Positions 9,262 through 18,769 of a stretch of 64,000 nucleotides of DNA are shown one piece after another (position 1 is the first letter of the stretch; every line of letters starts with the position of its first letter). Source of the DNA: a virus. The notes under the pieces are model-generated. The model had not been told where the DNA came from and did not search any database. It saw nothing but the letters and a program-made list of their open reading frames with translations. The position numbers were made by a program, and so were the translations under genes. The stretch is from the IMG/VR virus record IMGVR_UViG_3300023174_009221. One strand, given 5' to 3'.

Positions 9262-10359
9262 ATGATTAAAAAATGGTCAAATTTTATAAACGAAAATAAA
9301 CTTTATCTTTTTAACAGAAAGTTTAGAATATCATCTCTTATTGAATCCAAGATATATCCACTTAAACTTGTCAAAAAATGGATGTCTGAGTATGATTGTG
9401 ACCAGTTTGCACATTGTGTATTGGTTTCTAAATCTCCGATTACAAAAACCACAGATGTTAAGTATTTAATACAAACCACTTCAAGAGATATTTCAAATGT
9501 TAATTATTTTAACACATCGACAAAAAAATATGACGGGTATTTACCAGAAGATTCAAAACTAATAATCAATGAACAGGAGGTATTTCTTTATATTTTCAAA
9601 AAGAATTCGAATTTACAAAATAGGGCAAGACAAATACACGGTTTTATCTATGAAGGAGAAGTAAAAAATCTTAACGGTTTGGCTAAATTGAAAAAAACAG
9701 ATAAGTGGGACGCCGAAGGTGGTCTTGATAAATCCTATCTAACCAGAAGAATCGAGCAACAAAAGTCGGTAGAATTTTTCAATGGGTCAACCTATTTAGA
9801 CCTTGTTAAAATTGATGAGATATCGGGGTTCAAAGAATGTAACTGGGAATTAGTTCCACAAGGGTTTAAAGACCACCATAACTGGAGCATTAAATGCATG
9901 GCAAACAGGACCGATATCGAATTTGGAGACTTCAAAAGAATTTCAGGTTTAGAAAAAGATGGAAAAAAGATTAAAATTTTACATTCAAATGAACAAAATT
10001 TTATGATAGCAATTGGATTTCATGACGGGTCAGCAGATAAAAAAGTTTTAGTAGAGTATATAATCTGTATGCCGGTATCGATTTGGAAAACATTTCTTCC
10101 TAACTTACAGACTAAATTAGAGGATATCACAATGATGTATAATGATTTAGATCAACACAAATTAGTAGGTGAAAGAACCGAAGAATCTGAAAAAAATTGG
10201 CAATACTACACTTCAATCTATAAAGGAATATGCAGTGATACTCCAATTAAATTAAGATTTAAAAGAGACAGCAAAGGTCAACTTAGAATACAGTGCGCTA
10301 TGTCATTTACTAACTTTACTAACTTGGTTCTTAAATTACCCCACATCAGAATCGGATAA
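9262..10359 (+). CDS. Putative type II restriction endonuclease-like protein with capsid-targeting-like leader
   Basis: N-terminus MIKKWSNFINE; QIHGFIYE...KWD...SIK pattern resembling PD-(D/E)XK REases; directly upstream of an MTase. Confidence 0.5.
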   Translation: MIKKWSNFINENKLYLFNRKFRISSLIESKIYPLKLVKKWMSEYDCDQFAHCVLVSKSPITKTTDVKYLIQTTSRDISNVNYFNTSTKKYDGYLPEDSKLIINEQEVFLYIFKKNSNLQNRARQIHGFIYEGEVKNLNGLAKLKKTDKWDAEGGLDKSYLTRRIEQQKSVEFFNGSTYLDLVKIDEISGFKECNWELVPQGFKDHHNWSIKCMANRTDIEFGDFKRISGLEKDGKKIKILHSNEQNFMIAIGFHDGSADKKVLVEYIICMPVSIWKTFLPNLQTKLEDITMMYNDLDQHKLVGERTEESEKNWQYYTSIYKGICSDTPIKLRFKRDSKGQLRIQCAMSFTNFTNLVLKLPHIRIG

Positions 10360-10389
10360 ACTTTTTGTTAAATTGTATCTAAAAAGTCT

Positions 10390-11187
10390 ATGAAGAGAAT
10401 TCTAAAATCCGACTTAGATAAATTCTACACCAAGCAACAATTAGTCGAAGATTTAGTGGCTAAGTTTGATTTTAGTAAATATGATTTAGTCATTGATCCG
10501 TGTTGTGGAGCGGGTGCTTTTTACAAAAATATACCACACCACAATAAAATTGCAATTGATATCTTACCACACATAGATGGTGTTATTACAGCAGATTTTT
10601 TACAATGGGATTATAAAATGATTCTACAAGACCCCAGTAAAGTTTTAGTGTTATCAAATCCACCTTTTGGGAAACAGGGGTCAGTTGCTATGAATTTCAT
10701 TAAAAGGGCTAGTCTATTTTCAGATACCATTGCTTTTATCTTACCGATAAGTTTTGCAAAACCAAGTCAGAAAAATAAAATTCCAGAATATTTTCATTTA
10801 GAGTATGAAGAAGTATTACCTGAAGATTCGTATTTATTAGATGGGGCTTCATACCAGGTTAAATGTGTTTTTCAAATCTGGAAGAAATCCCACAAAAAAA
10901 GAGATAAGATTTTAGAAGATTCTAATATTGGATTTAGATATACAAAAGATAAAACAATTGCTGACTTAGCAGTAAGAAGAGTCGGTGTTTATGCCGGTAG
11001 GGCATTTACAGACTTAAATAAATCAGAACAATCTCACTACTTTTTGATCTTTGATGATAAATCTAAAATTAGAACGGTGATGGACTCTTTACATCAACAA
11101 AAGTGGTCTGATTTAGCCATTGGACCAAGATCTATATCAAAAGGTGAATTAAACAAATCTATAAATACCATACTAAATGATAAATAA
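10390..11187 (+). CDS. N6-adenine DNA methyltransferase (gamma-type motif order)
   Basis: DKFYT, motif I VIDPCCGAGAF, motif IV SNPPFG. Confidence 0.88.
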   Translation: MKRILKSDLDKFYTKQQLVEDLVAKFDFSKYDLVIDPCCGAGAFYKNIPHHNKIAIDILPHIDGVITADFLQWDYKMILQDPSKVLVLSNPPFGKQGSVAMNFIKRASLFSDTIAFILPISFAKPSQKNKIPEYFHLEYEEVLPEDSYLLDGASYQVKCVFQIWKKSHKKRDKILEDSNIGFRYTKDKTIADLAVRRVGVYAGRAFTDLNKSEQSHYFLIFDDKSKIRTVMDSLHQQKWSDLAIGPRSISKGELNKSINTILNDK

Positions 11188-11467
11188 ATACACAACAACC
11201 AGCACGGCAACTTATGGAACCAATATTCAATACGGACATAGTGGCAAAAAAACTTACCACGTCTTAGGTGAGAACGTAGATTTGAATGCAAGTTTCGAAG
11301 ATTCAATACTTATACAATTAATTTCAACTATTAATGTACTTGGAAAACCTTACTACGACCAGTTGAAAAAAAATAATTATAATTTTCCACAAGAATTAGA
11401 CGATTTTCTTGTAAAAAAGTTCAAAGAGTTAGAAAGAGATGATAAAATAAACCAGGTAATAAACTAA
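11177..11467 (+). CDS. Hypothetical protein with C-terminal RDDKINQVI motif
   Basis: 96-aa ORF overlapping the MTase stop. Confidence 0.7.
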   Translation: MINKYTTTSTATYGTNIQYGHSGKKTYHVLGENVDLNASFEDSILIQLISTINVLGKPYYDQLKKNNYNFPQELDDFLVKKFKELERDDKINQVIN

Positions 11468-11508
11468 GTAACTAATTGTTAATATAATATTAAAAATAAT
11501 TAATTCTT

Positions 11509-12480
11509 ATGATTTGCGACTTAATCATAGATGGAAATTACATACTTAGCCGTTTGGTTTTCACACTTCACAAAAACAATATACTCTATGGATCTCTTAT
11601 TAAATCTTTAGAATATACCATATCAAATTACAGAAAATGGTATCCATTTTCGAATATTTATTTGGTGTCTGATTCGAAAGAAAAATCTTGGAGAAAAAAA
11701 TTGACTAAAGCTTATAAGTCTAATCGAAAAAAGGACTCTGATATTGATTGGGGATTTGTTTATAGCTCTTATGATGAATTCAAACAATCGATTAAGGGAC
11801 CGGTGACTATATTTGAAGCACCACATGTTGAAGGAGATGATTGGATTTCATTCTTATCACATAAATCAAATCAAGAAGGCCGCTGCACCATAATTGTTTC
11901 AAATGACCACGATATTAAGCAAATTGTTAACTGGAGCTTAGACCCACTTTGGATTAATATAATGACCAATGAAATGCATAATAAAGAAAAACTTTTTATG
12001 CCAAAAAATTATCAAATTTTTATTTCAAATGTTAAAAATTTACCAAATGATGATATTTTTACACTCAACGATAACAGTGACTTTCTTACACTGCTTGATA
12101 GATTTTTAGACAAGTATGAGATTATCGAAATCGATCCGATAGAATCGTTAGTTGTTAAAATTATTTCTGGTGACCAATCAGATAACATTTCATCGGTTTG
12201 GTCGCAAGTGAAAAATGGCAAAAAAAGAGGGATAGGTTCTAAGGGAGCTAAGTCAATTTATCAAAATTATTTGACTGAGTTTGGTGAAGTAAATCTACTC
12301 GACCCAGATTTATATGAAAATATCGCGGATTTAATTTGTGAAAAGAAAAACATATCAAAAACTCAAATTGAAAAAATCGTCGAAAACATTATAAGTAATG
12401 TAAAACTAATTGACCTTAGATTGGATAATCTACCGGTAGAGATTATAGAAAAAATGGAATCTAAATTCAAAAATAAATGA
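11509..12480 (+). CDS. rnh: T4 RNase H-like 5'-3' exonuclease / flap endonuclease
   Basis: IIDGNY, SWRK...YKSNRKK, EGDD, SNDHD, GDQSDNI. Confidence 0.88.
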   Translation: MICDLIIDGNYILSRLVFTLHKNNILYGSLIKSLEYTISNYRKWYPFSNIYLVSDSKEKSWRKKLTKAYKSNRKKDSDIDWGFVYSSYDEFKQSIKGPVTIFEAPHVEGDDWISFLSHKSNQEGRCTIIVSNDHDIKQIVNWSLDPLWINIMTNEMHNKEKLFMPKNYQIFISNVKNLPNDDIFTLNDNSDFLTLLDRFLDKYEIIEIDPIESLVVKIISGDQSDNISSVWSQVKNGKKRGIGSKGAKSIYQNYLTEFGEVNLLDPDLYENIADLICEKKNISKTQIEKIVENIISNVKLIDLRLDNLPVEIIEKMESKFKNK

Positions 12481-12875
12481 CGATTGAAAATAATTTGTTG
12501 GCCATTACAAATGCCATGTTCAAAGATAGACAAAATTGGAAGTGGGTATCTAATGAGCAGAAAGAAGAATTTTTTTTTATTATCAATAGATTGCTGTCAA
12601 AAAGATTTGCAGAAAAGGCACAACTTTTGAATCATAAAAATATAAATAAAGCTGTAGGACTTGATCTTTGGTTTCAATTTTTGAAAAAATCACCTTATCC
12701 TTCTTGGATTTGGTCAAAATCAGAAAAAGTGTCACAACATATTTCCGAACAGGATTATATGTTGTTATTAACACATCTACAAATAAAAGATTCAGACCTG
12801 GATTATTTGATACAAAATCACCCAGATTTTATAAACGACGGACTTAAATATTATAAAAAACTAGAAAAACAATAA
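12477..12875 (+). CDS. Probable clamp-loader small subunit (T4 gp62-like)
   Basis: FFIINRLLS...AQLLN...WIWSK pattern; replication-gene context. Confidence 0.5.
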   Translation: MTIENNLLAITNAMFKDRQNWKWVSNEQKEEFFFIINRLLSKRFAEKAQLLNHKNINKAVGLDLWFQFLKKSPYPSWIWSKSEKVSQHISEQDYMLLLTHLQIKDSDLDYLIQNHPDFINDGLKYYKKLEKQ

Positions 12876-12888
12876 AATAAATATAACT

Positions 12889-13446
12889 ATGAACACAACC
12901 ACTGAAAATGTATCTCAAATGAAATGGTATATTGTTAGAGCACAATCTAACAGGGAAAAATCTGTTTCAGAAAGAATAATCAAAGAAGGAGAAAAAGGTG
13001 ACCTTATGGGCAAAATAGGTAGAGTTGTAATTCCAACCGAAAGGTCTTTCCATGTAAAAAATGGCAAAAAAGTTCAAAAAGAAAAAGTGATGTTTCCTGG
13101 ATACATCTTTGTTGAAACAAATGCTGTCGGTGAATTAAAGTTTTATCTTAAAGAAGTAAATGGAGCTACCGGGTTTTTGACTAACCGAGAAAAACAAATT
13201 CAATCATTATCAGAGTCTGAAGTAAATAGAATGCTTGGTATTCAAAAAGAAAAAGAAGAAAGTATTCAAAATTTTGATAGTTTTACAATCGGTGAAGAAA
13301 TAAAAATTTTAGATGGTCCATTTTCAGGTTTCATTGGAACTGTTGAAAGTTGTAAAGACCAGAAGATTAAAGTTGAAGTTAAAATATTTGGTAGAAATAA
13401 TCTTTTGGAGTTAAATACGCTTCAAGTTGAGAGACACCAATCATAA
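12889..13446 (+). CDS. nusG: Transcription termination/antitermination factor NusG
   Basis: KWYIV...SNREK, FPGYIFVE (NGN domain), GEEIKILDGPFSGFIG (KOW), VKIFGR. Confidence 0.93.
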   Translation: MNTTTENVSQMKWYIVRAQSNREKSVSERIIKEGEKGDLMGKIGRVVIPTERSFHVKNGKKVQKEKVMFPGYIFVETNAVGELKFYLKEVNGATGFLTNREKQIQSLSESEVNRMLGIQKEKEESIQNFDSFTIGEEIKILDGPFSGFIGTVESCKDQKIKVEVKIFGRNNLLELNTLQVERHQS

Positions 13447-13535
13447 CCAATTGGTTCTTTGTTGGAATATAAACCCATAAGTTAATTTAATTTTATTATA
13501 TATAACCAATGAGTCAAAAAAATTTATTTTAAACA

Positions 13536-13742
13536 ATGAGTCAATTCAAAGACAAAGTCGTTTATATTATGATTATCGGTGTAATGTCGATTTTAGGATT
13601 TATAGTTGTAGGTGACTTTACCGTAGCTTTAAGAGAAGGCCGGTCAGTAGATGAAAAAATTACAGACCTTCTGCAAGTAGTCATCACCGGGCTAATAGGC
13701 ATAGTTGGAACTTATTTCGGTTCAAGAAATAAAGAGAGTTGA
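13536..13742 (+). CDS. Small two-TM membrane protein (holin-like)
   Basis: Two hydrophobic helices, GTYFGS plus charged tail. Confidence 0.65.
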   Translation: MSQFKDKVVYIMIIGVMSILGFIVVGDFTVALREGRSVDEKITDLLQVVITGLIGIVGTYFGSRNKES

Positions 13743-13942
13743 TGTTTGGATGCCCGGTCTGTAGAACAAAACTTGCAATGGATTTAAAGTTTATCCTTAG
13801 CCAACCCGAATCGGTATGTCCAGGTTGTGGATTAATTTTTAATTTTAAAATGACAGATGAAATGAAGCAAGAATCATTGGAAACACTTAGAAAAATGGAA
13901 GAAATTAAGAAAAAAATGTCAAAAATTGCAAAATTTAGATAA
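13742..13942 (+). CDS. Small Zn-ribbon protein
   Basis: CPVC...CPGC; ATG overlaps the upstream TGA. Confidence 0.7.
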   Translation: MFGCPVCRTKLAMDLKFILSQPESVCPGCGLIFNFKMTDEMKQESLETLRKMEEIKKKMSKIAKFR

Positions 13943-13975
13943 TTTTTTATAATATATAAAAATAAAAATAAAAAT

Positions 13976-14587
13976 ATGGCAGATAATATCGCACAACAAT
14001 TCGCTGGATTACCAATCGAAGACCTAATTGTTCAACCATTAGTAGGCATGGCAAAAGGCCAAGCACAACTAAATGATGTTACTTGGAAATACATATCCCA
14101 AGTAGCGTTTACCACTCCAAAAGGCGGAGATGAAAATTCACCAAAGCAAGCAACTAGTTTAGATGTAACTCTTAACAGATATGTAACTAACCCAGACACA
14201 GGAAAGCAAGAATTGCAAGAAATTAATTCTAAAGTTCCACTTCTACCACTAGTTCCACTACCGGCTCTTTCAATTACAAGTGCTGATATCGAATTCTCTA
14301 TGGAAGTAAAACAAACAGATATTTCTAAAGATTCAACAGATACTTCAGCCGAAGCAAGTGCTGAGGTCTCAGGTGGTTTTTGGGGCATGAAGTATAAAGT
14401 GTCAATGAGTGGTAAAATTGCAACTCATAAAGAAAATACAAGGAGCACAGATAACTCTGCTAAGTATAATGTAAAGGTTCATGCTGAACAATTACCACCA
14501 ACTGAGGGTATGTTAAAATTATCAGATATGCTTCAAATGATGATGGAACCTTCAGTCGTTGCGACCGGTGATAACAAAAATGAATAA
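13976..14587 (+). CDS. DUF2589-family protein (long type)
   Basis: FAGLPIEDLIVQPL...AKGQAQL; VPLLPLVPLPALSI...IEFSMEV; TRSTDNSAKYNVKVHA...PTEGM. Confidence 0.8.
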   Translation: MADNIAQQFAGLPIEDLIVQPLVGMAKGQAQLNDVTWKYISQVAFTTPKGGDENSPKQATSLDVTLNRYVTNPDTGKQELQEINSKVPLLPLVPLPALSITSADIEFSMEVKQTDISKDSTDTSAEASAEVSGGFWGMKYKVSMSGKIATHKENTRSTDNSAKYNVKVHAEQLPPTEGMLKLSDMLQMMMEPSVVATGDNKNE

Positions 14588-14610
14588 ACAAATCTACTTT
14601 TTTTAGATAT

Positions 14611-14637
14611 AAAAAGGGACAATAAGTCCCTTTTTTT
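14611..14637 (+). terminator. Intrinsic terminator between the two DUF2589 genes
   Basis: AAAAAGGGAC-AATAA-GTCCCTTTTTTT directly abutting ATG 14638. Confidence 0.75.
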
Positions 14638-15108
14638 ATGTCTAAACTAAACATTGATGATTTACTAAGTGCTCTAAACGAAGCAGCTTTGGTTGCTAGA
14701 AGAATTTCCGAGAGACAGCATATTGATAACTTAGAGAATTACTTCAAATCAGACGGCACACCTGTTACTAAAACTTTCAAAGTTGGCGATAAAGATATAG
14801 TTATTCCACTCTATGTTTTGGCCGATCATTCATCAGTTGGATTAGATGAACTCGAAGTTGATTTTGAAGCTAGATTATTACTGGACCACGAAAAACAAGA
14901 TTCAGAAGTCAAAAAAGCTCTTTTAGGAAAAGATAGGTATCACAGTATTGGTTCTATCCATTTTGATTCTCAAAATAAAAAAGATTCAAATTTAGGAAAG
15001 GCTAAAATTAAGGTCAAGTTTAAAAAAGATGATAGACCAGAAGCTGTTTCAAGATTAGTAGACGACTTAATTCAAAAAATGGGAGATCCATCGATAAACA
15101 ATAAATAA
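14638..15108 (+). CDS. DUF2589-family protein (short partner)
   Basis: IDDLLSALNEAA...QH; IPLYVLADHSSVGLDELEVDFE; KVKFK...PEAVSRL. Confidence 0.72.
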   Translation: MSKLNIDDLLSALNEAALVARRISERQHIDNLENYFKSDGTPVTKTFKVGDKDIVIPLYVLADHSSVGLDELEVDFEARLLLDHEKQDSEVKKALLGKDRYHSIGSIHFDSQNKKDSNLGKAKIKVKFKKDDRPEAVSRLVDDLIQKMGDPSINNK

Positions 15109-15209
15109 TTAAATGTTCTCGAATTGGAATTGTTTTCTGTATCATAAATTCCCTAGTAATTCTGGTTCCGAGTTCAAAATAAATAATCTAAGTACTTTAT
15201 ATATAAGGT

Positions 15210-15937
15210 ATGAAATATCTTAAGAACTTCAAGTTATTTTTAATAACAGAGGCTAACGATGAAGAGATTTTAAAGCTGGAGAATGAAAAAAGAGTCCTAA
15301 ATGATGAATTCGACAAAAAAATGGATGATTTTTTAGGCGAGTATGCTGATGAGTTAGAAGAAGCCCAGGGAATTAAACAGGCCTTAGATGTGTTAAGAAA
15401 AGTGATCAAAAAAAAAATGGGGTGGTTAAGACATTCAAGCAGCTTAAAGGCACACTATCTTGTATGAAAAAACTCACGACTCTTGAGAAAAAAATAGCAG
15501 AACTGAAGGGTGAAAAATATGACTCAGTAGTTGAAAATATTTTAAATACAATAAAAGAAGCTCTGACACCCAAGAATCTAGCAAAAATAATTAATGGGAA
15601 AACCGAAGAACTCGAAATTGAATATAGTAAAAAAGCAGGAGGAGAAGCGACGGGTGAAATTAAAGATGTCAAAGTTTCAGATGATGGCACAGTCGAGGTA
15701 TCAATAGAAAATGATAAAGTAGGTATTGTTAAAAAAGATATAACCGAAATCACCGGCGGAGCGGATGATGAAAAAGAAGAAAAATCTGACAGTGTTGACT
15801 TAGTTCAAAAACTTAAAGAAATTAAATCTAAACAACCAAAAAATATAATAGCTTTCTTAAAAATATCTAAACTCTATTTAGATCCTATCAAAAATAAAGA
15901 ATCAATTCAAGATATTGAAAATATATTAAATAAGTAA
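15210..15937 (+). CDS. Capsid-leader-bearing protein split by a frameshift at an A10 run (ORFs 15210-15467 and 15422-15937)
   Basis: MKYLKNFKLFLITE leader; A10 at 15408-15417; the -1 frame continues open to 15937. Confidence 0.6.
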
Positions 15938-15954
15938 TACCGGTCGTATGAAGT

Positions 15955-16617
15955 TTATTTAATATTCAAGTTCATTGAATTTTTTTTGAAGATAAGATTC
16001 AAATCCGATAATTTAATCAATTTAACTTGGCATTTTGCTTTATCTTCAACATTTTCACCTATCCAAACCCATTGTTTTTTTGATATAAAAAGAACTTTAA
16101 AATAGTGAGTTGGTATTTTAATCTTACTATTACCCAAATATGTCTTATTCTTTTCATTGTAAATAACACCAGTTATAATCACAGCATCTGATTTATTTTT
16201 TTGAATGGTGTCTTCGACATCTGATTCGAGTTTTTGCCAAGTGTGTTCATTAAAATATTTAGCCTGTGGGGCTTGATTAAACATACTAAATGATCTTGAG
16301 TTTAGAAGAGAATCATATGTTGTGATATGAGATGGTGTTAAGTGCCCTTTATCATAGTTTGTATTGGTATAATACTTTTTTAAGTATTTACCAGTCCAGG
16401 TATCATCGAACCACTTATCGGATCTTGACCAGTTTCCCAATTTTTGAAATTCTTGATAAGTTATTGTGTGTTTAGAAACCAAAGTGCAGGTATCATCATC
16501 TAAATACAACACAATGTCTCCGTGTTGAATTTGTAACGAGTTTTTTACTGTGATTTTTTGAGATAAAAATAATCCAGAAATCAAAACAGCTGTAAAAGTA
16601 ATTAAATATTTCATCAC
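15955..16617 (-). CDS. DNA/RNA non-specific endonuclease (NucA/EndA type) with signal peptide
   Basis: YDKGHL, FSMFNQAPQ...FN...W..LE, IPTHYFKV; hydrophobic N-terminus. Confidence 0.88.
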   Translation of the reverse strand: MMKYLITFTAVLISGLFLSQKITVKNSLQIQHGDIVLYLDDDTCTLVSKHTITYQEFQKLGNWSRSDKWFDDTWTGKYLKKYYTNTNYDKGHLTPSHITTYDSLLNSRSFSMFNQAPQAKYFNEHTWQKLESDVEDTIQKNKSDAVIITGVIYNEKNKTYLGNSKIKIPTHYFKVLFISKKQWVWIGENVEDKAKCQVKLIKLSDLNLIFKKNSMNLNIK

Positions 16618-16654
16618 TCTATATATCAGTATTTGAATATACAGTTAGATTAAA

Positions 16655-17563
16655 TTAGGTCCCCCTATATCTTAATACAGCCAGATCTTTAGCCTTTGCT
16701 TCAATTTCAGTATCAAAATCAAGACCGAATGTTTGGATTTCTTCATAAATATAATCAGCATGAGCCGTTTGTTTTGAAGTGATGTCTTCTAAAGTTTTTG
16801 GAGAACTCATATGAGTTAGAGGTTTGACATCACCCCAAGTAGAAATAGCAAGTCTAAGAGCCTCTTCCATCGTTTGATCTTGTGGTCCGTAATTAAAATG
16901 GTGTTGGTCAAATACAATAGGAATTCCAATTTCTTTATGAACCCAGTCATATAGCATTTTTACCGAAAACTGATTAGGCGAATCATCATTCTCGATTGTT
17001 AGCCTTTTCTTACAAGAGTTTGATAGTAATTGAAAACTTTGGCAGAATTTCTTAGCAGCGTCGTAAGTCGTTGGTTTAGTGGTACCGACGTGAATATTGA
17101 TAGGATAATATGTTGTTTGTTCAAGACCAATTAAGTCCATAAGATAAGCATGTTGGTCTAGTTCAGCAATTGCTCGAAAAATAACTTCTTGTCTTTCAGA
17201 CGGCAACACGTTGAAAGGGCCAGGATGATACGAAAGTCTCATACCACAAGACTTAGCTTTATCTCCTATTTGTTTTAGTAAATCCTTTATGGTATTGAAG
17301 TTTGGAAGACTATCAAAAATATATTCAGACATCCAAGGAAAAGAATCAGAAGACATACGATAGACATAGATATTATTTTTGATATTCCAGTCGATTACTT
17401 TCAAAGTATCTTTAAGGTTTAGTATAATCAATTCAGAAACATAATCTAAACCTTTCAAATCAAAGGTTTTTCGAACCATTCCTCTATTTACCAATACTTG
17501 GTCTTTTTTTCTTTTGCCCACGTTTAGTGAGAGATTTATACAACAATACCCTATATTACCCAT
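16655..17563 (-). CDS. uvsE: UV damage endonuclease
   Basis: IGYCCIN, YRMSS, RLSYHPGPF, IENDD, FDQHH, HADY, EAKAKD. Confidence 0.93.
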   Translation of the reverse strand: MGNIGYCCINLSLNVGKRKKDQVLVNRGMVRKTFDLKGLDYVSELIILNLKDTLKVIDWNIKNNIYVYRMSSDSFPWMSEYIFDSLPNFNTIKDLLKQIGDKAKSCGMRLSYHPGPFNVLPSERQEVIFRAIAELDQHAYLMDLIGLEQTTYYPINIHVGTTKPTTYDAAKKFCQSFQLLSNSCKKRLTIENDDSPNQFSVKMLYDWVHKEIGIPIVFDQHHFNYGPQDQTMEEALRLAISTWGDVKPLTHMSSPKTLEDITSKQTAHADYIYEEIQTFGLDFDTEIEAKAKDLAVLRYRGT

Positions 17564-17567
17564 AATT

Positions 17568-17598
17568 CAAATATACAAAAGAAATCTATATTATCAAA
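17568..17598 (-). promoter_or_regulatory. Bacteroidota sigma-A-type promoter for uvsE
   Basis: TATATTTG (17568-17575) and TTTG (17595-17598), 19-nt spacer. Confidence 0.6.
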
Positions 17599-17627
17599 CT
17601 GCAATTATAAAAATTAATATATAAACT

Positions 17628-18224
17628 ATGAGTATAAGAAAATTCAAGCAATTTATCACCGAAGAGTTAAATGATCCACAGGAAACTTATATTAAGATGT
17701 TGCTAATGAATATTAGAGAAGAGATCAATTCTATATTTGAAGAAGAATCAGAAAATATACCCTCAGGTGAAAAAACAATTTCTCAGGCAAAATTAGATTC
17801 AAAAAAGAAAAAGAAAAAAACTCTTAAAGATCAGGGAATTACACTTGAAAGTAGTGAGATTTCTTTATATTCTAGATTATATGATTCACTTACAATAAAA
17901 TTTTCAGATAACTTAAGCTCCTGGTATTCAGTTATTATATTAATTGACCTAAAGGACGCGGCTCCAAAAGATCCAAAAAAAGATTTTAGAATGGAGGATA
18001 TAAAAAAAGCCACCATCAAAATTAGAAAATACGATTCCGATACCGATACTTTAATAAACTGGCTTAGCATGACTGTTGAAATCGAGAAGAAATCGGGTTG
18101 GAATTGGACTGTCAACAAAGATGATGAAAAAAAGAAACAAACTCTTACAACAGAGGATTTCATAACCTTTATAAAATCCGAAATTGATGGCCAAGATAAA
18201 AGTTTTCAAATAGAAACCGAATAA
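17628..18224 (+). CDS. Hypothetical protein with capsid-targeting-like leader
   Basis: MSIRKFKQFITEE; AATATATA at 17616. Confidence 0.7.
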   Translation: MSIRKFKQFITEELNDPQETYIKMLLMNIREEINSIFEEESENIPSGEKTISQAKLDSKKKKKKTLKDQGITLESSEISLYSRLYDSLTIKFSDNLSSWYSVIILIDLKDAAPKDPKKDFRMEDIKKATIKIRKYDSDTDTLINWLSMTVEIEKKSGWNWTVNKDDEKKKQTLTTEDFITFIKSEIDGQDKSFQIETE

Positions 18225-18253
18225 GGGAAACACCATAGATTAATAAATAATTT

Positions 18254-18769
18254 ATGTCAATAAATATTGTTTCTAGTCAGCAGATAGTAAATAACTTCAA
18301 AAATTGTAAACATTTTGTTAGAAGTTTAGGTTTAATCTCCACAGTCGATAAAAACGGAACTAGGATTTTCAATGAAAAGGACCGATTTGCTAGATTTTAT
18401 AATAGCTCGTATAACACAACAATATTTGCACAGGGTTATATTGGGGATATTAGATTTTATGTCGACCATATGATATTAGATAGGAATTTTGCAGTTTATG
18501 TTGGGGATAATTTTGAAGAGTTTGTTAATACTTATGACTTTGATTTAGTAGATAAAAAGGGTATAGATTTTTACATCGGACACCTGCTTAAATCAGCAGA
18601 AGAAGCCTATGAAGATAAAAAGAAAAATGACGAATTGAAAAAAATAGAAATTAAAAAAGGCGATGCTGATAAAATATCGCTAAATCCTGGCCAAGTTACC
18701 TATGAAGACTTAAAGGCTTATTTAGAAAAACAACAGGCAGAAAGGTATAAAAAGAATTTAAATTTATGA
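18254..18769 (+). CDS. Hypothetical protein
   Basis: 171-aa ORF coupled to the endolysin gene. Confidence 0.7.
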   Translation: MSINIVSSQQIVNNFKNCKHFVRSLGLISTVDKNGTRIFNEKDRFARFYNSSYNTTIFAQGYIGDIRFYVDHMILDRNFAVYVGDNFEEFVNTYDFDLVDKKGIDFYIGHLLKSAEEAYEDKKKNDELKKIEIKKGDADKISLNPGQVTYEDLKAYLEKQQAERYKKNLNL

